Shown here one piece after another: positions 8,948-17,809 of a DNA stretch of 64,000 bases. A program made the translations under genes and the position numbers. This DNA comes from Patescibacteria group bacterium. GTDB taxonomy: Bacteria; Patescibacteriota; Saccharimonadia; Saccharimonadales; 2-12-FULL-41-12. The stretch covers positions 315,004-379,003 of the forward strand of contig JBBTSC010000001.1 in the NCBI GenBank assembly GCA_038064875.1, written 5' to 3'. The notes under the pieces were generated by a model. The model made no database searches and was not told where the DNA came from. It worked only from the letters and a program-made list of their open reading frames with translations. Numbering within the stretch: position 1 is the first letter of the stretch; each line of letters opens with the position of its first letter.

Positions 8948-9070
8948 CTTAGCTGAATATGGCAGGGTGGTGCAAGGAAACTTCCGAGTACTGGAGTAAG
9001 ATGTACAAGAAGTACATCGCACGAAGCACGCAGGAGTTGACGAAGCAACATCCGCCATACTTCAGCTAAG
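8948..9070. repeat. 123-bp imperfect palindrome (long hairpin) in the nrdH-like/trxB gap
   Basis: Outer arm cttagctgaatatggc (8948-8963) pairs with gccatacttcagctaag (9054-9070) with a 1-nt bulge. gggtggtgc (8965-8973) pairs with gcaacatcc (9045-9053). The central hairpin gatgtac-aagaa-gtacatc (9000-9018) sits exactly at the symmetry centre. The element is GC-richer than its flanks. Confidence 0.5.
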
Positions 9071-9314
9071 CTACGGCAGGGGCTAGTTTGGCTAAATTAT
9101 ATCCTATAATTACTTCTTTTTGATCGTCATCTTTTGTTACAACCGTTACTGGTACTGCAAGTTGTCCGCTAATTTTATAAGCTTCCTCAGCACGTTCTGG
9201 ATTTTCGTCCAAATTCACTTCTTGGTAGCTTTTATCTTTTGCCGTTAGCCATTTCTTTACCATAACACAGTATGCACAGGTGTTAGTTGTATAAATTGTT
9301 ATATCTTTTGCCAT
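9066..9314 (-). CDS. glutaredoxin-like protein (NrdH/YruB-like, CAYC active site)
   Basis: 82 aa. ITIYTTNTCAYCVMVKKWL is a thioredoxin-fold CxxC motif. It sits upstream of trxB on the same strand. Confidence 0.75.
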   Translation of the reverse strand: MAKDITIYTTNTCAYCVMVKKWLTAKDKSYQEVNLDENPERAEEAYKISGQLAVPVTVVTKDDDQKEVIIGYNLAKLAPAVA

Positions 9315-9354
9315 CTTTTTGCCTTTCTTTTTATTATCTTTTGGGTCTTATTAC

Positions 9355-9383
9355 ATTATATGTGGTGTATTTGAGATTGTCAA
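9355..9383 (-). promoter_or_regulatory. consensus sigma-70 promoter (TTGACA-17 nt-TATAAT) for nrdH-like/trxB
   Basis: On the minus strand, TTGACA occupies 9383-9378, followed by a 17-nt spacer and TATAAT at 9360-9355. Confidence 0.6.
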
Positions 9384-9401
9384 CTACCCTACATCTGGTG
9401 C

Positions 9402-9977
9402 TTATTGAGGCACATCTATAAGTTCGATGTCGAACACTAGGTCAGAATTTGCTGGTATGTCTGCACTTGGAGATTGTTCTCCGTAGGCCAAACTTGCAGG
9501 GATAATGATTCGTCTTTTGCCTCCAGCTTTCATTCCTGGGATTCCTTCTTGCCAGCCTTTTATAACACCGTCTAGAGACGCTGTAAATGGTTGACCTGAG
9601 TCTTTACTACTCTGGAAGATTTTGCCTGTGCTAGCAATTGCTCCTGTGTAGTGAGCTGTTACCTTACCGCCAGCTTTTACTTCTGCTCCAGTACCTGGTT
9701 GCGTATCAATAACTTCTAGTTTTTCGACTTTTGCTACTGGAGTAAAGTCTGCTAATTGTGTTCCTTGCAATTTATTTTCCCCTGCTTCCTGAGCAGCTTT
9801 CTGCTCGTTTAATTTTTGTTGAACTTCTGCTGGTAAATTATCCGTTGCTGATTTTTTATCTCCGCCTGTTGCTATTTCCCAAATCACGTAACCACTAAAA
9901 GCTAGTGAAGAAACCGCAAAGACAACAACAATTACCAAAATAAATATCCTTGTACTGTGCTCTTTAACCTTCGCCAT
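9402..9977 (-). CDS. FKBP-type peptidyl-prolyl isomerase, N-terminal membrane anchor
   Basis: N-terminal TM helix. FKBP core VTAHYTG...GKIFQSS...GVIKGWQEGIPGMKAGGKRRIIIPASLAYG. Confidence 0.85.
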   Translation of the reverse strand: MAKVKEHSTRIFILVIVVVFAVSSLAFSGYVIWEIATGGDKKSATDNLPAEVQQKLNEQKAAQEAGENKLQGTQLADFTPVAKVEKLEVIDTQPGTGAEVKAGGKVTAHYTGAIASTGKIFQSSKDSGQPFTASLDGVIKGWQEGIPGMKAGGKRRIIIPASLAYGEQSPSADIPANSDLVFDIELIDVPQ

Positions 9978-10008
9978 ATAAACCCCTCTAGATTTCTTAA
10001 CAAATCTA

Positions 10009-10017
10009 ATTATACCA
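10009..10017 (-). promoter_or_regulatory. extended -10 element TGGTATAAT upstream of the FKBP gene
   Basis: Plus strand attatacca is the reverse complement of TGGTATAAT. Confidence 0.4.
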
Positions 10018-10072
10018 ATTTAATATTGTCTAAGCTCTAATCTAACCAATTTTACAACGTTAGTTTTACAGG

Positions 10073-10687
10073 CTAGACCTGTATATCCATTCGATCTCTT
10101 ACGCACTGCTTAGCTTGAGATAACAATTGACTTACTCTACCCTCAGTAACCCCTAAATCTTCAGCGATTTCTGCAAGAGACAGATCCCTAAAGAAATAAT
10201 CTACTAGTACTTGCTTTAGTCTAGCGTCTCTTGAATCACTTTCATCAAAACAGCCTATCATCTCATCGGCAAAAACCTTATTAAGAACCTGGTCATTTCT
10301 ATTAGTATCAGCTAGATCGTGGTCACCAGCTACCTCTAAACTGATCCATCCACCTATGGTACGACCTTTTGAAACTAGATCGTGTTCAGTTTGGGTTCCG
10401 TTTTTTAGAGAATCTTGAGTTCTTCTTGACACGCCTTGTGCTATCATTTCTGATCTATAAAATTCACGCCTCTCCCCTACCATGGCACTAACAAGCATAG
10501 GCTCAAGCTCCTCTATAGGTTTGCCTGGGTTATTCTTAACCACACCAACGCCTCTGATAAAAGCTTGCTGGTGTATATCATCTCCATTATTGATATCCCT
10601 TGCAGAAAGAGTTTCTGCAATACCAACAATAAGATCTTCATGTGCAGGAGTAACTAGTACTTGCCCGCCTTCCTTAAAATTCGACAT
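10073..10687 (-). CDS. sigma-70-family-like protein (clear region 4 HTH, degenerate N-terminal part)
   Basis: C-terminal LVDYFFRDLSLAEIAEDLGVTEGRVSQLLSQAKQCVR resembles sigma region 4.2. DDIHQQAFIRGVGVVKN may be a degenerate region 2. Confidence 0.5.
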   Translation of the reverse strand: MSNFKEGGQVLVTPAHEDLIVGIAETLSARDINNGDDIHQQAFIRGVGVVKNNPGKPIEELEPMLVSAMVGERREFYRSEMIAQGVSRRTQDSLKNGTQTEHDLVSKGRTIGGWISLEVAGDHDLADTNRNDQVLNKVFADEMIGCFDESDSRDARLKQVLVDYFFRDLSLAEIAEDLGVTEGRVSQLLSQAKQCVRDRMDIQV

Positions 10688-10729
10688 AAGAATATAATTA
10701 TAACATAATTTGCATAATTATTCAATAGT

Positions 10730-11947
10730 CTATAGATATTTTTTGGCGAAATATAGAAAGACAGCGTTTGTCCATCCAAAGCCCTCTTGAGGTGGATATA
10801 ACCCTTCTTTTGGCTGATCCATAGGCTCAACTACATTGTAGGACTCTCTAAAGATTTCGTACTTATTAAAATAATTTATATTTGTAGTAAGCCATTTCTT
10901 AGCAATATTTTTAGCCATAACTTTGTGCCCATAACGATCTAAACCGTTAACAACAATCCAGTGGAGTGGCGCCCAGCCATTTGGGTAGGCCCACTGATAA
11001 TTATCATGCAATGATCCGAATTCCTCCGAAGTTGCGCTAAGCCCTCCTCTTTGCATAAATTTGTCTAAATTATCCACGAGCCGATCAGCTTGCTCATCAG
11101 AAGCCAGGCCAGACCAAAGAGCATAATAGCTCGCCAGTGACCAAACATCTGATAGCTCGTCTTTCTGGTAATTATAGTCAAAGAAAAAGCCTTTCTCTGC
11201 GTCCCAGAGATAATATGTGACTTTAGCGGCACGATTTTTAGCTCGCATTTTCCAAACTTCTGCTTCTGTTTCGTCTCCAAGTAGTTCTGCTATTTTCGCA
11301 AAGTCCATTTCATACTTATACAGTAGGCAATTCAAATCAATAGGTATATAGCTGAGACATTCATCATTAAATCTAGTGGTCATATCCCAGCCACTCTCTG
11401 CCTCTGCAAGCTGATCAATGACATTTATATCGTAATAACGACTCAGTCCATGGAAAACATTTCGCCAATTTGGGTGGGATTCATTGGTCCAAACTTTTTC
11501 GTATTCGTCTTTGGCAACTTCTGAAACCTTTTTGAGCCACTTATTGTCTTTCTTTATTTGATATATATCTAAGATGTAACTTGTCAGAAAAGGTGGCTGT
11601 GACCTACCTGTCAAATAATATCTGTTGCCATTGGGCACAGAGCCAAACCTATCTGCAAGATAAATCAAATCATCGAGCATCCCTTCAGCGAGCTCTGTCC
11701 TGCCAGACTTTATAAGACCTTGTGCTGTAAAATAACTGTCCCAGTAATACATTTCCTCAAAAGCGAACCCAGAATCATTTTCTGTAGATGGGATAATGTA
11801 CGGATAAGGCAGACCTATTAGAGTATCTCTGTCTTCTGGAAAGAATCTAAGGAGATCATCCCACTTTGTATTAATATATTTCAATGCTCGATCAACATCG
11901 GCAACTTCTATATCTTTACTGGTACTTACTTTTTGTTTTAGAGGCAC
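10730..11947 (-). CDS. GH37 trehalase-like glycoside hydrolase (cytoplasmic, short form)
   Basis: FEEMYYWDSYF, RSQPPFL, GWDMTTRF and QWAYPNGWAPLHW resemble the trehalase signatures. GTG start 29 nt after the pheT stop. Confidence 0.7.
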   Translation of the reverse strand: MPLKQKVSTSKDIEVADVDRALKYINTKWDDLLRFFPEDRDTLIGLPYPYIIPSTENDSGFAFEEMYYWDSYFTAQGLIKSGRTELAEGMLDDLIYLADRFGSVPNGNRYYLTGRSQPPFLTSYILDIYQIKKDNKWLKKVSEVAKDEYEKVWTNESHPNWRNVFHGLSRYYDINVIDQLAEAESGWDMTTRFNDECLSYIPIDLNCLLYKYEMDFAKIAELLGDETEAEVWKMRAKNRAAKVTYYLWDAEKGFFFDYNYQKDELSDVWSLASYYALWSGLASDEQADRLVDNLDKFMQRGGLSATSEEFGSLHDNYQWAYPNGWAPLHWIVVNGLDRYGHKVMAKNIAKKWLTTNINYFNKYEIFRESYNVVEPMDQPKEGLYPPQEGFGWTNAVFLYFAKKYL

Positions 11948-11976
11948 GTTTTATTATAGTAAACTTCTCAGGCCTA

Positions 11977-14451
11977 CTAGTCAACTAGGGTTTTTAGTAA
12001 ATCATTAACTTCGTTGGTGGTTAATGTCCGATCTGGATGCGACAACTCTATTTTGAAAGTCATATTCTTTTCATTTTTATCTTGAGGCTGATAGATACCA
12101 ACTGGAGATATTTCATACCGATAATCTGTTCTGTCTAAGGTCTGCTTGAGCCTAGATTCTACGTCTGCAAAGTTTGTATCTTGAGGTACGGAAATAGTAA
12201 TATCTTGTTCGGTAGAAGGATAGCGATTGAGAGGCTTGTAGTTTACTGTCGCCCCCACAACTTGCGCTAAAGGACCGAGGCCAAGCTCGAACCCTGCGGA
12301 GAAATCGGGTAATTTGAAAGCTTTTATAGTAGCGGAAGTATATTCCCCAATTCTGCCAATCAAATGCTCACCTGAGTAAACGGTAGCTGACCGACCCTTT
12401 TGGAAATAAACTTTGTTAGTTTCTTTTTGGTCATGGACTATAGGCTCAAATCTAAGATCAACAATTCCCAAGCTATCACAAAGTTGGTTCAGATAGATTT
12501 TTGCCTGGTAGTATGGAGCTCCAGAGATGTTTTTTGAAGCCTTTGGGTCAGCAGAAAACACAAAAGCAAGTCTCTCAAATTCTACTGGTAGATCTTCTTC
12601 AATGCGACCTTTTATATGTGATTTACCGATTTCAAACAAGGCAAATTTGTCATAGCTAGCCTTGACATTAGGATGTACTTTGTCGAGCAAGCTCGGTGTT
12701 AGTGACTGGCGGTAATATTGCAGATCAGGACTTAGTGCATTACGAAGTTTATACGAATCTTCTGGGTTCTGGCCAGCCTTTGTCAATAAATTTCCATGTA
12801 CAAAGTTATATGTGAGGATCTCATTTGCCCCAAGATTTGCTAAAATACTACGTATCTTCTTCTTTAGTTCAATATTCTTATTTGCTATAGGGGGGCTTGT
12901 GGTACGAGTTGGCAAAGTCTTTGGCAATCGATTAAAGCCATAGAGACGACCAACTTCCTCAACTATGTCTTCCGGTATTTCAATATCTGTTCGCCAGAAT
13001 GGTGCAGTAATGTTTAGTTCATCATTATTGGTATCTAGCTCAAATTCAACGTTGCGTAGAATTCCTGCCATAACAGAACCTTCGAGACTAAGCCCAAGCT
13101 CTTTGTTGATAAGCCCTATTTCCGCTCTTAGCTTATGACGATCGTCAATACTTTCATTAAGATATTTCTGATCAATCAATTCGCTTGCGACTTGACCACT
13201 AGCTAGTCGCTTGATGTCATCAACAACTTTGGCAATTACAGCAGGACACTGCAAAGGACTTTGCCCCTTAGTAAACCGTGTCGATGCGTCAGTGAAGATA
13301 CCATGTGCCATACATGTTCTACGTGTTGCATACATATCAAAGTTAGCGCATTCCAAAATAATGTTCTTAGTATTTGCATCAACTTCTGTGTCTTCTCCGC
13401 CCATAACACCACCAATTCCGATCAATTGCTTGTCCGTAGCAATCATAATGTCAGTAGATTTTGGTTCGATTACTTTGCCACCAAGAAGCTTGATTTTCTC
13501 ACCTTCTTTCGGAGCTCGAATGACTAATTTTGCTTCGTTACCAGAAAGAGCCTTCACTTTGTCGTAGTCGTAAGCATGCAGTGGCTGGGCAGTTAACATC
13601 ATGAAATAATTTGTTAGATCAACGACATTGTTAATCGGCTTTATGCCTACCCGCATCAAATTAATTTGCAACCAAAGCGGGCTTGGGCCTACCTGCACCT
13701 GACTTATTGCAACTGCCATGAACCGTGGTGCAAGCTCTGACAATTGATTGTCAACAGACAGTGAGAGCCCATTAGCTTGATCTATAGGTAGGGGCGTCAG
13801 ATACCAATCTGGACTTGTGTATTGTTGCCCTTGAATTCCTGCGATCTCACGCGCTACGCCCATCATGCCAAAAAGATCTGGTCTGTGGGTAAACATCTTA
13901 TTCTCAATATCTATTATATGGTCGTCTAATTTATAGACTTCTGATAAAGTCTGTCCAGGATTTGCCTGTTGGTCAATCTCTACAATCCCACTATGATCAG
14001 CACCGATTGCTAATTCTGACAAACTAGCAAGCATTCCGTTACTAACCTCTCCACGAATTTCCCGAGCCTCTAGCTTGAGAGGGTCTTTGCCATAAGTACT
14101 TGGTACGACCACATGTGGAGGTATCCAAACAGTCAATAGATCTACTCGAGCATTTGGCGCACCGCAAACAACCTGCACGTAACCATCATTATCTCGTTCT
14201 ACCTGCTTGTTAACTCCACCGTCATCAATTTTGCAAAGGCTTAATTTGTCAGCATTTGGGTGCTTCACGCATGATACGATTTTAGCTATCAGGATACCTT
14301 CATATTTTTTGCCCAGATCAACAACTTCATCAACTCCGCCAAGCTGCGTATTGATCTTCTCAACAAGTTCATCAATTCCATTAGGCATTGCTTCATCCGC
14401 ACAACCATTTAGCTTGTTAAAGAATCGGATATTTTCAATACTTACTTTCAT
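11977..14451 (-). CDS. pheT: phenylalanine--tRNA ligase beta subunit
   Basis: 824 aa. N-terminal tRNA-binding domain (KHPNADKLSLCKIDDGG), then B3/4, B5 and C-terminal anticodon-binding-like regions. Confidence 0.92.
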   Translation of the reverse strand: MKVSIENIRFFNKLNGCADEAMPNGIDELVEKINTQLGGVDEVVDLGKKYEGILIAKIVSCVKHPNADKLSLCKIDDGGVNKQVERDNDGYVQVVCGAPNARVDLLTVWIPPHVVVPSTYGKDPLKLEAREIRGEVSNGMLASLSELAIGADHSGIVEIDQQANPGQTLSEVYKLDDHIIDIENKMFTHRPDLFGMMGVAREIAGIQGQQYTSPDWYLTPLPIDQANGLSLSVDNQLSELAPRFMAVAISQVQVGPSPLWLQINLMRVGIKPINNVVDLTNYFMMLTAQPLHAYDYDKVKALSGNEAKLVIRAPKEGEKIKLLGGKVIEPKSTDIMIATDKQLIGIGGVMGGEDTEVDANTKNIILECANFDMYATRRTCMAHGIFTDASTRFTKGQSPLQCPAVIAKVVDDIKRLASGQVASELIDQKYLNESIDDRHKLRAEIGLINKELGLSLEGSVMAGILRNVEFELDTNNDELNITAPFWRTDIEIPEDIVEEVGRLYGFNRLPKTLPTRTTSPPIANKNIELKKKIRSILANLGANEILTYNFVHGNLLTKAGQNPEDSYKLRNALSPDLQYYRQSLTPSLLDKVHPNVKASYDKFALFEIGKSHIKGRIEEDLPVEFERLAFVFSADPKASKNISGAPYYQAKIYLNQLCDSLGIVDLRFEPIVHDQKETNKVYFQKGRSATVYSGEHLIGRIGEYTSATIKAFKLPDFSAGFELGLGPLAQVVGATVNYKPLNRYPSTEQDITISVPQDTNFADVESRLKQTLDRTDYRYEISPVGIYQPQDKNEKNMTFKIELSHPDRTLTTNEVNDLLKTLVD

Positions 14452-14999
14452 ACTAGCCCCAATACTAGACTCTTAAGAAGCGGGAATGTCTTATACGGCT
14501 GATTAAAACTTTCCGAGCCAAAGTGCCCTTCATTACGTATAATCTGAGTTCCACCTAGATGGTCAAACATAAGCCTACCCTGCTTGGCATCGCAACCCCA
14601 AGGATCTTCAACAGAATTAATGAAAGTTATGTCTCCCGCATTTTGTTTAATCTTATCCCAATTGTAGCTATTCTCCAGAACTGGATCTTTTTCTTCACCT
14701 GGAAAACGCATGGAGTAGCCTGCAACTAATATTGCTTGCCTGATACTGTGATCAATATTTTGCAACACGCTTAATATTAGAGGGGATCCAGCCGAGTGAC
14801 CCACCAAAACTGTCTCTTCATCAAAACTATGATTACTTAAGACTTTTGATATGAACTGTTCTATTGGCTCATGATTAATATCAGGATAGTATGGCAGTTC
14901 TACTTTATACCCATTTTTTTCTAGTTCATCCTTAAGCCATTGATACCAGAAGTTTTCAGGTTTTGAATCAGTCCCGTGAAAAATAATAGCGTTTTTCAT
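14448..14999 (-). CDS. YdeN/RBBP9-type alpha/beta serine hydrolase
   Basis: 183 aa. IIFHG...W...VGHSAGS nucleophile elbow and C-terminal GHF. ATGA overlaps with both the pheS stop (14996-14999) and the pheT start (14448-14451). Confidence 0.75.
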   Translation of the reverse strand: MKNAIIFHGTDSKPENFWYQWLKDELEKNGYKVELPYYPDINHEPIEQFISKVLSNHSFDEETVLVGHSAGSPLILSVLQNIDHSIRQAILVAGYSMRFPGEEKDPVLENSYNWDKIKQNAGDITFINSVEDPWGCDAKQGRLMFDHLGGTQIIRNEGHFGSESFNQPYKTFPLLKSLVLGLV

Positions 15000-16015
15000 G
15001 CGAATTGCCTCAAGAAATCTAGTTTTGCGCTTTGGAAGTGGCGGACATCTTCTATGCCGTATTTCATCATAATTAGTCGTTCAATTCCAAGACCCCAGGC
15101 AAAGCCACTATATACTTTTGGATCTATTCCACCCTCGCTCAGAACATTTGGATGGATCATCCCACAGCCAAGTAACTCAATCCAACCTGTTTGCGAGCAG
15201 ATGGAACAACCTTTTTTATCACAAAAAGGGCAACTTAGAGAGAACTCAAAGCTTGGCTCTGTGAACGGAAAATAAAATGGATTAACTCGGCTCTCAACCT
15301 TTTTGCCAAAATAACTAGACAGAAATTCTTCTAAAGTTGCGATGAGATTGCCAACATTAACATTTTTGGACACATAGACACCTTCAAGCTGATGAAAAGT
15401 ATGCTCGTGCCGTGCGTCCAAGTCTTCGTTGCGAAAAACTCTGTCAGCTACGACTACTGCAATCGGCTTGCCGGATTCAAGTTGCTCCTTTCGGGCCTTG
15501 TAGATTCGGTTCTGCATAGTGCTGGTGTGAGCAGGAGCTATTAGCCCTTCCTCTGTTATAAACGTATCGTAATCGTCTCTTGCTGGGTGATCTTCCGGGA
15601 AGTTAAGACTTGTGAACATATTATAGTCATTGTCTAGATATCGACTCTCCCACGTTTCAAATCCCATTTTAGAAAAAATGTCGTTAATCTTTGCAATTTC
15701 CCGCATTGTTGGGTGAACAGATCCCTCATTTGCGGGCAAAATTTCTGGCAAATCAGCATTCACATCCATTGGAGCAGTGATATCTATAGGCGTCTTTTCT
15801 GCTTCTTGCGACTGGTTTTGTTCAACTAATTCCTCAAGTTCTTTTTTTAGCTGGTTTATACCTTGGCCAAAAGAGGCGCGTTGATCATCTGGGAGTGTGG
15901 GCAAAATCGAATAGAGATCTTTGAGTTCTTTTGCACGCAAGATATTAACCGACTTGTCCTCATCCAGTCGCGCAATAAGCAGATCTTTAACCTGTTTTAT
16001 TCGATCATCGTTCAT
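14996..16015 (-). CDS. pheS: phenylalanine--tRNA ligase alpha subunit
   Basis: 339 aa. Class II motifs FPEDHPARD, RVFRNEDLDARHEHTFHQLEG and GFAWGLGIERL. Confidence 0.92.
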   Translation of the reverse strand: MNDDRIKQVKDLLIARLDEDKSVNILRAKELKDLYSILPTLPDDQRASFGQGINQLKKELEELVEQNQSQEAEKTPIDITAPMDVNADLPEILPANEGSVHPTMREIAKINDIFSKMGFETWESRYLDNDYNMFTSLNFPEDHPARDDYDTFITEEGLIAPAHTSTMQNRIYKARKEQLESGKPIAVVVADRVFRNEDLDARHEHTFHQLEGVYVSKNVNVGNLIATLEEFLSSYFGKKVESRVNPFYFPFTEPSFEFSLSCPFCDKKGCSICSQTGWIELLGCGMIHPNVLSEGGIDPKVYSGFAWGLGIERLIMMKYGIEDVRHFQSAKLDFLRQFA

Positions 16016-16060
16016 TTGTAGATATTATAACCTAAGTTGAAGTGATAGAATATAGAAGTA

Positions 16061-16555
16061 ATGGCAAATTTTAGTTTTGATATTGTATCTGATTATGATC
16101 TAGCAAAAGTCACCAACGCTGTGGAGCAGTCTCAGCGCGATATAGGAAATCGCTACGACTTTAAGGGCACGAGTGCTAACCTAGAGTTTGTAGATGATAA
16201 AAAGAGTGTCAAAATTGTTGGCGACAACCAATTTCATTTGGATAGCATTATAGAAATACTTCGTAAAAAATTAGCAGGTGCTGGTGTCAGCCAGAAAATC
16301 CTGGACATTTCAAATGAGCCGATAACCTCTAACCTTAAAATGACCTGGAATATTAGCTTCAAAAAAGGTCTTAACCAAGAAAACGCTAAGAAAATCACAA
16401 AACTTATTCGTGACAAACTCCCAAAAGTAAAAACCCAAATTCAGGGTGAAGAGATTAGAGTAACTAGCCAGAAAAAGGACGAGCTCCAAATAGCCATGCA
16501 GACAATCCGCGAAGCCGACTTTGACTTCCCAGTCGAATTTACTAACTTCCGTTAA
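16061..16555 (+). CDS. yajQ: YajQ-family nucleotide-binding protein (UPF0234)
   Basis: MANFSFDIVSDYDLAKVTNAVEQSQRDIGNRYDFKGT is the typical YajQ N-terminus. 164 aa. Confidence 0.85.
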   Translation: MANFSFDIVSDYDLAKVTNAVEQSQRDIGNRYDFKGTSANLEFVDDKKSVKIVGDNQFHLDSIIEILRKKLAGAGVSQKILDISNEPITSNLKMTWNISFKKGLNQENAKKITKLIRDKLPKVKTQIQGEEIRVTSQKKDELQIAMQTIREADFDFPVEFTNFR

Positions 16556-16578
16556 TGCTTATGGTATTATTTCACATA

Positions 16579-17021
16579 TGAATATAAAGAAATTTGATCA
16601 AGCTTTTATCGCTTTTGCTAGCAGGTGGTTTGATCCTCTGGCTCGTGTTGCACTCTTTATAATCTTTGCATATTTTGGCGCTCTAAAACTACTTGACCTC
16701 AGCCCAGCGCAAGATCTCGCGCTAGAGCTAGTAGACAAGACTGTTGGCCTACAGTATTTCGATCAGTTATTTTTCATCTTGGCGCTTTTTGAAGTAATCA
16801 TTGGGATCTTGTTTCTGATACCAAAGTTTACACGTGTTGTTATCTTATTGATGTTGATTCATATGATAATTGTATGTTCACCGCTACTCGTCACACCTGA
16901 TTCAGTCTGGCTAAAACCTTTTGTCCCAAATCTAGAAGGTCAATATATTATTAAGAACCTAGCTCTACTAATACTAGCCCTGGGTCTCGTATCTAGGACA
17001 AAACCGATAATTAACAAATAG
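16579..17021 (+). CDS. integral membrane protein (DoxX-like?)
   Basis: Four predicted hydrophobic helices. Start uncertain: ATG 16579, or TTG 16521 which overlaps yajQ. Confidence 0.45.
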
Positions 17022-17291
17022 TTACTGGCTTGATTCTATGGTACTCGTGAGGTTGTCTACAAATGGACCAATCAATGGTACTGTGTCAAATAGTGATAAG
17101 AACCAGATTATAACTGCTATGAATACTGTAGCTCCGATAACACCACCCGCGCCAAAGAACATTCCTCGAATAAAATTCTCCCAATGAAGCCTTTTGACAT
17201 CTATATAATCACTCGCAAAAAGCACTTCTAGCGCCTTCGCTACTTCTTTAGGGTTCTTAATAACTGGTTGTTTTTTATTTTTTTCTTCCAT
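17022..17291 (-). CDS. small membrane protein, hypothetical
   Basis: 89 aa with one or two TM segments (GGVIGATVFIAVIIWFLSLF). Last gene of the rmuC-nudix run. Confidence 0.45.
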   Translation of the reverse strand: MEEKNKKQPVIKNPKEVAKALEVLFASDYIDVKRLHWENFIRGMFFGAGGVIGATVFIAVIIWFLSLFDTVPLIGPFVDNLTSTIESSQ

Positions 17292-17299
17292 AACAAAGA

Positions 17300-17809
17300 T
17301 TATACCATCTTGCTTAATTTATTTTGCAAATATTCCAATGCATCTCTAACATCTGTGCTAGCAATTTCAGGTGCATCATCTAAAGTAGCCCACAAGTAAT
17401 CTGAGTGCTCATCGTTTAACTCTATTTTTGGCAAAGCATCAAATCGGTACTTATAGCCTATGCCGACATTTTTTGTACCGTATTTATCGCCGTATTCTTG
17501 ATAAAAAGAACCTATATACTCAAGTTTACTGATGTCTATATCAATATTCGCTTCTTCTTTTGCTTCTCTAGCCAGGCCTTCTTCTGCGGTCTCATTATTT
17601 TCCAAAAAGCCTGCGGGAACACTCCAGAAACCTTTCCTGGGCCGATAATCTCGTTTCATGAATAGATACTTGCCATCAAATTCAAAAAAGCCAAAAGCAG
17701 ATATAACAGGAGTATTGTACTTTACAAAATGCCCTTTTGGGCACTTTGCGAATTCACCTGAGCCATCAAGCTCAGCCCTACACTCTGGGCAATACAACCA
17801 CTTAGTCAT
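17300..17809 (-). CDS. NUDIX hydrolase with N-terminal zinc-ribbon-like motif
   Basis: Nudix box GFLENNETAEEGLAREAKEEANI and N-terminal CPEC...CPKGH. Overlaps the rmuC stop by 8 nt. Confidence 0.8.
   Translation of the reverse strand: MTKWLYCPECRAELDGSGEFAKCPKGHFVKYNTPVISAFGFFEFDGKYLFMKRDYRPRKGFWSVPAGFLENNETAEEGLAREAKEEANIDIDISKLEYIGSFYQEYGDKYGTKNVGIGYKYRFDALPKIELNDEHSDYLWATLDDAPEIASTDVRDALEYLQNKLSKMV

Noticed and set aside
8948-9070. Known ncRNA identity (SRP/4.5S, 6S or a riboswitch) for the palindromic element
   Set aside because: I could not find the conserved SRP domain IV motifs (GGAAGCAG with a GNRA-capped helix) on either strand. The element is too short for 6S RNA. I report it only as an unexplained structured repeat.
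13211-13567. Antisense ORFs inside long genes, for example 13211..13567, 21050..21493, 22284..22646, 3387..3752, 35410..35800, 42585..42902, 61954..62292 and 17901..18281
   Set aside because: All are embedded opposite well-supported conserved genes (pheT, typA, guaA, carA/B, the TPP enzyme, leuS, rmuC). They have skewed composition and no SD.
16016-16060. T-box leaders upstream of pheS, tyrS (51837-51868) and leuS (62778-62800)
   Set aside because: The upstream gaps are only about 45, 32 and 23 nt, far too short for a T-box element.
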